DNA from: Candidatus Dormiibacterota bacterium | GTDB lineage: Bacteria > Chloroflexota > Dormibacteria > Aeolococcales > Aeolococcaceae | Length of the DNA stretch: 64,000 nt | Direction: 5' to 3' | Assembly (NCBI GenBank): GCA_963718525.1 | Contig: OY970355.1 | Span: 3,040,001 to 3,104,000, forward strand | Shown here: positions 57,601 to 64,000 of the stretch, piece after piece | How the letters are laid out: every line of letters begins with the position of its first letter | Position numbering within the stretch: position 1 is the stretch's first letter | The notes under the pieces: generated by a model | The model's input: only the letters and a program-made list of their open reading frames with translations | Told to the model about the DNA's origin: nothing | Database searches by the model: none | Made by a program: the position numbers and the translations under genes

Positions 57601-57736
57601 AGGCCGACGTGGTCGCGACCATCGTCGACGTCCGAACGACCCGGAATCTGCGGCTGATCAGACCGATGGCTCCGACCAACAGCACCCCGCACACCACCGT
57701 GGCGAGGACCGAGACGAGAACTGCGACGAGAATCAC
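54626..57736 (-). CDS. Hybrid sensor histidine kinase (TM-GAF-PAS-HisKA-HATPase-REC-REC-Hpt)
   Basis: FLANMSHEIRTPMNG, GNAVKFT, DTGIG, GGTGLGL, two receivers (ILDYQMP, LMDCQMP), Hpt AHSLKGS. Start uncertain (57736-57808). Confidence 0.95.
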   Translation of the reverse strand: MILVAVLVSVLATVVCGVLLVGAIGLISRRFRVVRTSTMVATTSASAGITLRDEVDELAQFLAAWQRVTVDRLSGRVEQSEVLDKGLLAHVAKLLGAERIVISLLDPSGLRIVDGHPAVEESVVAGDSPSRRAVHTGQIFIGDLHSESWGKDTIAYRDLTGAGPVMAIPMVSGGESIGAVMVLRSSGETHFTRVESDRARILVPPLAGAVGLSSLSDQLRSDNLAADVERTRLSNSLRMLLELAGEGIYGIDADGRCTFMNTAASGALGVDISKVMGELTHPLFHHNRADGSAIAFTDSPIYKAMHGGGSCRVATEVMWRSDGNSFPAEYSAFPIVDEAAVTGEATGAVITFNDITERKRTEDDLAVAHAQAMEASRLKSEFLANMSHEIRTPMNGVIGMTGLLFTTTMNAEQREYAEAISQSAESLLTVINDILDFSKIEAGKIDIEVIDFDLRMVVEEAAKLIAPKADAKDLELAVMVDPQMSMRVRGDPGRIRQILINMLGNAVKFTDTGEVILRVRKEAERGKAIDLRFEVTDTGIGIDAAQQRRLFESFIQADASTTRRFGGTGLGLAICKKLVERMGGEVGVVSEAGKGSTFWFTLTLEAGARAQERPAPSRAALQDIRVLVVDDNKTNRVILEQNLRVWGARSASFESGADALAGLRHAVEAGDPYRLAILDYQMPQMDGIELAMRIGRDPAINGVGLILLTSSSGPGDTQAAADAGVRAFLTKPARITDLYECLATLLAPPDPEAAGRVITDSIRYSFTEVSSASRARLLVVDDNPVNQRVAVRMLEKMGHVVDIADNGIGALAALGRVKYDAVLMDCQMPEMDGFEATREIRRREASDRHTVIIAMTAGAMAGDQDKCLAAGMDAYLSKPVKADKLAAMVTLWTDPDTHRDQTPFTSDALPGLLDQTYVTGLRELGTEEFDKLVRLFLRDGQTRVDNLRVAQANGDTTAMVKLAHSLKGSASSFGAGALAARCGELQARARAGDAGEDARMIDSVDAEFVLASAALRDELMPGPAGALNSGASRDAG

Positions 57737-57779
57737 TGTGAGACCTCCACGATCACGACGGATGTTGTTGGCGATGCAA

Positions 57780-59520
57780 TCAACGGGCTGACAGGGCGAA
57801 CAACTCACCCCGTCTCCGAATCGCGGCGGTGACCCGGCTCACCAGGTCACGCGGGCTGAAGGGCTTGACCATGTAGTCGTCGGCTTCCAGTGAAAAGGCC
57901 ATGACCTTTTCGCTGGGACCTGCGTCGCCGGTGAGAATCACGATCGTGGTCCGCTGGTTGGCCGGGTCATCCCGAAGGATCCTGCACACGTCGAAGCCGC
58001 TGATCCCAGGCAGATTCACGTCGAGGACAACGCAGTCCGGCTTGAAGTGACGCGCCATCGTGACCGCGTCCTCGCCGCTTGCAGCCTCTCTGACCTCGAA
58101 TCCGACTGCAGCCAGAACTCGACCGCGCCAGCTGGCGGACGTCATCGGCATCATCGACGACCAGGACCTTTCCGATGTGCGCACTCTCCGAGTGCTTTCG
58201 TCCTTGCTGCGCGGTTCCTCCGACGTACGCCCGCAACTCGGCGCTGAGCCGCTCATCGATGGCGGCCGCCGATGCGGGTCGTGCAAAGAAGAATCCCTGC
58301 GCCTCGTCGCACCCCAGTGTCCGGAGCCTGACAACCTGATCGGCGGTCTCGACACCCTCGGCAACCACCCGGAGATCGAGGGCGTGCGCCATGCCCATAA
58401 CGGCCGCGACGATGGCCGTGGCTTCGAAGTCGCGTCCGAGGCCGTCGACGAACGACTTGTCGATCTTGAGCTCGTCGAGGGGAAACCTTTTGAGGTACGC
58501 GAGCGATGAGAACCCGGTGCCGAAGTCGTCGACTGAGATGCTCAGCCCGAGTGATTTGAGCTCGCGGAGCGTGGCGACCGCGAGCTCAGCGTCCTGCATG
58601 ACCATGCTCTCGGTGACCTCGAGGCATACCGTTGCGGGGTCGATCCCTGATCGCCCGATGATGCCGCCGAACGTCTCGGCGAGACCTGATTCGAACTGGC
58701 GTGGCGAGACGTTCACCGCGACCTGCAGGGGCTGGCCGCCGGGAAGCGCGGTGCGCCAGCGAATGGCTTCGCGGCACACCTGCTCGAGCACCCAGGCGCC
58801 GATTTGGACGATGATTCCCGACTCCTCCGCGAGCGGTATGAAATCGAGTGGTCCGATCAGTCCACGCTCTGGATGCAGCCAGCGCAGGAGCGCCTCGACG
58901 CCGACAGTCCGGTCGGTGACGAGCGAGACCTTGGGCTGATAGTCAACGTAGAACTCCCCATTGATCAGCGCACTACGAAGCGATGCCTCATTCGCGATTC
59001 CGACCAGCCGCAGTGACGGCATCGTCCCGGTGAACAGCGGGTGATGTCCTGCACCACGTTGCGCATGGAAGGCGTGTTGGTCTTCCGGATGCCGGCGATC
59101 GCTGATGTCGTGCCAGACGGTGATCGCGCCGAGCAGCTCACCCGCGGCGTCGAAGAGCGGTTCGCTGTCGACGATCATCGTCCGCCGCTCTCCGGACGGG
59201 GCGACGAAGATCATCTCCGTGTCGCGCGCGATTTCCCCTCTCAGCGCCCTGCTCACCGGCCCGGCACCGTCGCCAATCGGCCGGCCGTCGATGTCGAGCA
59301 TCGACCCGTAGGCCGACCAGTGCTCGGGGAGGCTCGCATCCGCATCAACGCCGGCGAACGTCTCCATCGCGCGGTTGGCCAGGGTGACCCGGCCACGGGG
59401 ATCACAGACGGCGACGAGGTCATGCATGTTGCCGAACACCGCCCGCGCGAATTTCGTGTCCGGAAGGGCCGGATCGGCGATAGGCCCCGGCGTCTTGAGC
59501 CGGCGGGGCTCACCTCGCAT
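57780..59520 (-). pseudogene. PAS-EAL-REC phosphodiesterase with one apparent +1 frameshift near 58116 (real lesion or sequence error)
   Basis: EAL intact (VEALLRW, VDDFGTGFSS, LKIDKSF, AEGVE). The receiver starts in one frame (KVLVVDDADDVRQLAR) and continues in another (LAAVGFEV...VLDVNLP...VKPF). Span 1741 nt = 3n+1. Confidence 0.8.
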
Positions 59521-59877
59521 CGTTGCACCTCCGAACGGTCGCGTCGCAACGGCATCGCACGCCCAAGCTCAGAGCATATGGGGGTCGCCTGAGACCGCAC
59601 GGCTTGTAACCGAATGCACACACCTGACGAGCGATGTCGCAGCAATCAGCGCGAGCTGGGGCGACCAACCCGCGTGCGGCAGGTGAACGCGATGAGGTTG
59701 TGCAGCCGATCCCTCACCGCGAGCACCGCCACATGTATTCATTCCACTTCCGACAACGCAAAGTTGCTCTTCTGGAAGCTCGACGGTCTGTTCGATGGCG
59801 TACATAGCCGGGCGCTGTTCCACACTGTCACAACTACGCGGTGGGCGCACGTTCGCGCCGCGGCTAGGCTCGATCAC

Positions 59878-61422
59878 ATGATCAGCCCGCCGACGTACAG
59901 CCTGCGGGACCTTCGCCAGTCACTCGGAGCGTACCAGAACGCGTCTGCGATCACGAGCGTCCTTCAGCTGGCGATCGACGCGCTCAACCTTGAGGTCGTC
60001 ACACTCATGCGTCACGGCGAGGCGGTCATCTCGCTGCATGCTTCACCGCGGTCCGCCACCGTGGCAGCGCATCAGCAGCACCTGCAGACGAGCGACGCGG
60101 CATCCACGCCATTGGTCGGACCGTGCATCGTGCTTCCGGCGGGCGGTCTGCGCTCGCGCAGGGAGAGCACGCTGCGCTTCGAGCGAGCCGCGGGATCGCC
60201 GTTCAGCGTCCACGACCGGGCGATCGCAGAGGTGATCGCGTCCGCGGTCGTCTATACCGAGGCGGGCATCGGCCTGCTGATGCGTGATGGTGGATGGGCT
60301 CGTGCCGAACGCGATGACGAGGAAAGCGGACGGTTGCGGAAGATGCTCCGCGACCGCGACGCATTGCTCGATCAGCTTTCCGCCATTCAGCGCGCGCTGT
60401 CCCAGCGGGCGCCTCTCCAGCACATCCTTGACACCATCGTTGCGGCTGCGGTCGAGCTCATCGGCGATGAGACCGTGAACCTGCGCCTCCGCGATCCCGG
60501 CGATCCGGCTCTTCTCCTCAGGGTCGCCGGGTGCGGGTACTCCGCGGAGGTGGAGCCGTTGATGATGCGGATCCGAACCGATGAGGGCGCGGTCGGGCGG
60601 GCGTTCACCGAAGGCAGGCTCGTGGTCATCGAGGACTATCAGAACGACGAGAACCGGCTCCCAGTGCTCGCCGGCGAGGGCCTCGAGGCGGCGATGTCCG
60701 CACCGGTCGAGGAGAACGGCCGCGTGATCGGTGCGCTCACCGTCGCCACCCACCGCCACGGCCGCACCTACAGTCTCACCGAGCAGCAGATGCTGATCAC
60801 GTTCGCGGTGCACGCGAGCGTCGCGCTCACCAATGCGCGCATCGCCAACTCGATGGCACACCTCGCCTTTCACGATGCACTGACCGGTCTCCCCAACCGC
60901 GCCCTCTTCGTGGATCGCCTCGGACAGACGCTGGCTCGCGGCGGTCGCAAGATCCGGATGACAGCCGTGCTGTTCGCCGACCTCGACAACTTCAAGGCGG
61001 TCAACGACAGCCTCGGTCATGCGGGTGGCGACGAACTGCTCGTCGTTATCGCTCGGCGGCTCCGGGAATCGCTCCGCCCTTCCGACAGCGCGGCTCGCTT
61101 CGGCGGTGACGAATTTGCCATCCTGCTCGAGGACATCGGCACCGAGCGACGGGCCATCAGTGCATGCGAGCGCATCATCGCGTCGCTGGTTGCGCCGGTG
61201 ACGATTCAGGGACGAACGATCGACCCTCGAGCGAGCTTTGGTGTCGCATTGAGCCACGACACCACCCGTGACGCGGACGGCCTTCTGCGCGACGCGGATG
61301 TTGCGATGTATGCGGCCAAGGCCGCAGGCAAAGGCACCTACAAGCTCTACGCGCCCGCGATGCACGCTCAGGCCGGCATCCGGCTGCAGTTCCATGCCGA
61401 CCTCATGCAGGCGCTCGACTGA
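59878..61422 (+). CDS. GAF-GGDEF diguanylate cyclase
   Basis: HDALTGLPNR, DLDNFKAVND, RPSD + GGDEF, ADVAMYAAK. TAGGCT -10 lies 7 nt upstream of ATG 59878. Confidence 0.92.
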   Translation: MISPPTYSLRDLRQSLGAYQNASAITSVLQLAIDALNLEVVTLMRHGEAVISLHASPRSATVAAHQQHLQTSDAASTPLVGPCIVLPAGGLRSRRESTLRFERAAGSPFSVHDRAIAEVIASAVVYTEAGIGLLMRDGGWARAERDDEESGRLRKMLRDRDALLDQLSAIQRALSQRAPLQHILDTIVAAAVELIGDETVNLRLRDPGDPALLLRVAGCGYSAEVEPLMMRIRTDEGAVGRAFTEGRLVVIEDYQNDENRLPVLAGEGLEAAMSAPVEENGRVIGALTVATHRHGRTYSLTEQQMLITFAVHASVALTNARIANSMAHLAFHDALTGLPNRALFVDRLGQTLARGGRKIRMTAVLFADLDNFKAVNDSLGHAGGDELLVVIARRLRESLRPSDSAARFGGDEFAILLEDIGTERRAISACERIIASLVAPVTIQGRTIDPRASFGVALSHDTTRDADGLLRDADVAMYAAKAAGKGTYKLYAPAMHAQAGIRLQFHADLMQALD

Positions 61423-61436
61423 GCCTGCATAGCCGC

Positions 61437-62267
61437 TCAGCCTGCGGTGATCAGGACCACGGCGACAACCGCCACGCCCACACCCGCGACCTGGGGCGAA
61501 CGCAGGCGCTCACCGAGCACCAGCATCGAACACAGCACTGTCGACACCGGGTACAGGGATACGAGCACCGCAACGATGCTCAGCAGCCCACCGTGCACCG
61601 CGAGGAGGTACAGCGCATTCGCAGTCACGTCGAGCACGCCCGCGCCGACGATCACCAATGGGTTCGCAGCGCCGAACGTCGGCGCCCGGCGAGCAGCGCC
61701 GGAGACCACGGCGAGCGCCGCCACCGAGGCGCCTCGCGCCGCGACCAGCGGCCAGAGATTGGCCGTCATAGACGTCTTCGCGATGGCGACATAGAACAGG
61801 CCGAAACCGAGTCCCGCGCCAAGCGCCAGCAGGAGCGTTCCGCGACCGAGGCGCGCGGTCCTGCTGCCGCCGCCGCTGAGCAGGACCACCGCGGCGACCG
61901 CGGCAGCGATGCCGCCGTACTGGAGCGCGGCCGGGCGCTCTCCGCCACCGACGCCGACCGCGATCGGCACCACGACCGCGACCACACCGGTGATCGGAGC
62001 GACCAGCGACATTGCGCCCGATGCGAGTCCGCGGTACAGCATCGCCACGCCGGCAGCGCCGGCCAGGCCCGCCAGCCCACCGTCGGCGAGGTCCGCTCCG
62101 CTCGGGTTGCCCCCCAGCACAACGGCGGCGACGATCATGCCCAGCAAACCGACACCCTGGGAGATGAGCAGCACCGAGAGCAGCGGCGCGGCGCGATTCG
62201 CCAGGCCCCCCAGAAAGTCGCCGCTCCCCCACAGCGCCGCCGCGGCGAGGGCCAGTCCGATGCTCAG
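61437..62267 (-). CDS. EamA/DMT-family transporter
   Basis: About ten TM helices; [22 protein letters not shown]...LGERL. The first helix [20 protein letters not shown] lies upstream of the ORF-track start, implying a CTG start at 62267. Confidence 0.88.
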   Translation of the reverse strand: MSIGLALAAAALWGSGDFLGGLANRAAPLLSVLLISQGVGLLGMIVAAVVLGGNPSGADLADGGLAGLAGAAGVAMLYRGLASGAMSLVAPITGVVAVVVPIAVGVGGGERPAALQYGGIAAAVAAVVLLSGGGSRTARLGRGTLLLALGAGLGFGLFYVAIAKTSMTANLWPLVAARGASVAALAVVSGAARRAPTFGAANPLVIVGAGVLDVTANALYLLAVHGGLLSIVAVLVSLYPVSTVLCSMLVLGERLRSPQVAGVGVAVVAVVLITAG

Positions 62268-63898
62268 GCGGTTGTCACCGAGGCGGCGGCCTGCAGCCCG
62301 AACTCCTCGACGGACGCCTCGCGCATGAGGTACTTCTGCACCTTGCCCGTCACCGTCATCGGGAAGGAATCGACGAACTTCCAGTACCTCGGTACCTTGT
62401 TGGAGGCGATGCGGCCGCGGCAGAAAGCCTCCAGCGACTCGGCGGTGAGGATCACGCCCTCCCTCGGCTTCACCCAGGCCATGACCTCTTCACCGTAGCG
62501 CTCAGACGGCACCCCGATGACCTGCACGTCGCTGACTTCCGGATGCGCGTAGAGAAATTCCTCGATCTCGCGAGGGTAGATGTTCTCGCCGCCTCGGATG
62601 ATCATGTCCTTGATCCGACCGACGATGTTCACGTACCCGCTATCGTCGATGGTGGCGAGGTCGCCGGTGTGCATCCAGCCCGCTGCGTCGATTGCGGCCG
62701 CGGTGGCGGCGGTATCGTTCCAATAGCCGAGCATCACGCTGTATCCCCGGGTGCAGAGCTCGCCGGAAGCTCCCCGCGGCACGATCTCGCTTGTCTCCGG
62801 ATCGATGACCTTGACCTCGATGTGCGGATGCACCCGTCCCACCGTTCCGACACGCTTGTCGAGCGGGTCGTCGAGTGCGCTCTGTGTCGACACCGGTGAT
62901 GTCTCCGTCATCCCGTAACAGATGGTGACCTCGCGCATGTTCATGCGCAGCTGCACCTTCTTCATCACCTCCACCGGGCACGGCGATCCGGCCATGATGC
63001 CGGTGCGCAGCCGGCTCAGGTCGTACTGTTCGAACACGGGATGCTCGAGCTCGGCGATGAACATGGTCGGCACGCCGTAGAGCGATGTGCAGCGTTCCTG
63101 CTCGGCAACCCGGAGCACGGTGTCGGCGTCAAACGCCTCCCCGGGGACAACGATGCACGCACCGTGAGTCGTGCAGGCAAGATTCCCGAGGACCATGCCG
63201 AAGCAATGATAGAACGGCACGGGAATGCACACCCGATCCTCGGGTGTGTAGTTGACCGTCTCACCAACGAAGAAGCCGTTGTTGAGGATGTTGTGGTGTG
63301 ACAGCGTCGCGCCCTTGGGGAAGCCGGTTGTCCCCGACGTGTACTGAATGTTGATCGGGTCATCGAATTGCAGGCGTGACTCGACGGCGGCAAGCGCATC
63401 CTCCGACACATCCCGACCGTCGCGCAGCAGCGAGTTCCACGCGTCCTCGAGCACCAGCGCCTCGCGAAGCTCGGGGCATGTGCCCCTCACGTCGCCAAGC
63501 ATGTGCACGTAATCCGCCTGCCGGAATTCACGGGCCAGCACCAGGAATGACACGCCTGATTGTGCCAGCGCATACGCGAGCTCGGTGGTTCGGTACGCCG
63601 GGTTGATGTTGACGAGGATCGCCCCGATTCGGGCAGTCGCATACTGGGTGACCACCCACTCGAATCGATTCGGCGACCAGATGCCGACGCGGTCGCCGCG
63701 CCCGACCCCTCGACCCAGCAGGCCACGTGCGACCAGCGACACCTGGTCCCAGAGCTGCCGGTACGTCGCCCTGTAATTCTGGTGCGGGACGACGAGCGCC
63801 TCCGAATCACCGTGCCTCTCGACAGTCCGCCTCAGGTTTTCGCCGATCGTCTCGCCGAGCAGGGGAAGCGTACTCGGCCCCGATGCATACGACAGCAC
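62264..63898 (-). CDS. AMP-binding acyl-CoA synthetase (ACSF2-like fatty acid--CoA ligase)
   Basis: [47 protein letters not shown]. Confidence 0.96.
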   Translation of the reverse strand: MLSYASGPSTLPLLGETIGENLRRTVERHGDSEALVVPHQNYRATYRQLWDQVSLVARGLLGRGVGRGDRVGIWSPNRFEWVVTQYATARIGAILVNINPAYRTTELAYALAQSGVSFLVLAREFRQADYVHMLGDVRGTCPELREALVLEDAWNSLLRDGRDVSEDALAAVESRLQFDDPINIQYTSGTTGFPKGATLSHHNILNNGFFVGETVNYTPEDRVCIPVPFYHCFGMVLGNLACTTHGACIVVPGEAFDADTVLRVAEQERCTSLYGVPTMFIAELEHPVFEQYDLSRLRTGIMAGSPCPVEVMKKVQLRMNMREVTICYGMTETSPVSTQSALDDPLDKRVGTVGRVHPHIEVKVIDPETSEIVPRGASGELCTRGYSVMLGYWNDTAATAAAIDAAGWMHTGDLATIDDSGYVNIVGRIKDMIIRGGENIYPREIEEFLYAHPEVSDVQVIGVPSERYGEEVMAWVKPREGVILTAESLEAFCRGRIASNKVPRYWKFVDSFPMTVTGKVQKYLMREASVEEFGLQAAASVTTA

Positions 63899-64000
63899 GA
63901 TGCTTCGACCTCCTGGTCACGGTGTTGCGCGGTGCGTGGGCGCCGCCCCGCCAACGATACGCGGCGCAGCAATCAATCGATGTCAGTCAGTCCTGAGAGC

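Noticed and set aside
1-64000. Transposases, integrases, prophage or defence genes
   Set aside because: No ORF shows the corresponding motifs by eye. The uncharacterised ORFs remain untested without HMM searches.

Overview
High-GC bacterial chromosomal window with no mobile element, prophage or CRISPR array that I can see. The Tad genes lack any secretin and resemble Chloroflexota-type sets, so I infer a monoderm soil bacterium, possibly Ca. Dormibacterota (unverified). There are three blocks. (1) ~1-34 kb is a dispersed Tad/Flp (type IVc) pilus locus: flp, tadE-tadE-tadG, cpaB-tadB-tadC, two CpaF ATPases and three receiver-fused CpaE/TadZ paralogues. It is interleaved with two more ParA-family ATPases, a degenerate ParB-like protein, two large proteins with acidic disordered linkers, an MtrA-like regulator and ABC transporters. 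(2) ~34-36.6 kb is the housekeeping run rpmG-tRNA-Trp-secE-nusG-rplK-rplA, which leads directly into a cpaE gene instead of rplJL. (3) ~36.7-64 kb holds metabolic genes and a dense c-di-GMP/two-component cluster (five GGDEF and/or EAL genes, a hybrid kinase, a Crp regulator). The best candidate for an undescribed system is a ParA/ParB-like/scaffold network for positioning Tad pili, several of whose members share a short [GS]W-x-[VIL]-R motif and basic-aromatic tails. Other points are two single-base frameshifts in the same sequence context, probable CTG start codons, a compact bidirectional leaderless promoter, and a divergent gene pair with complementary GGDEF/EAL loss. All family calls come from motif recognition by eye; no database searches were run.
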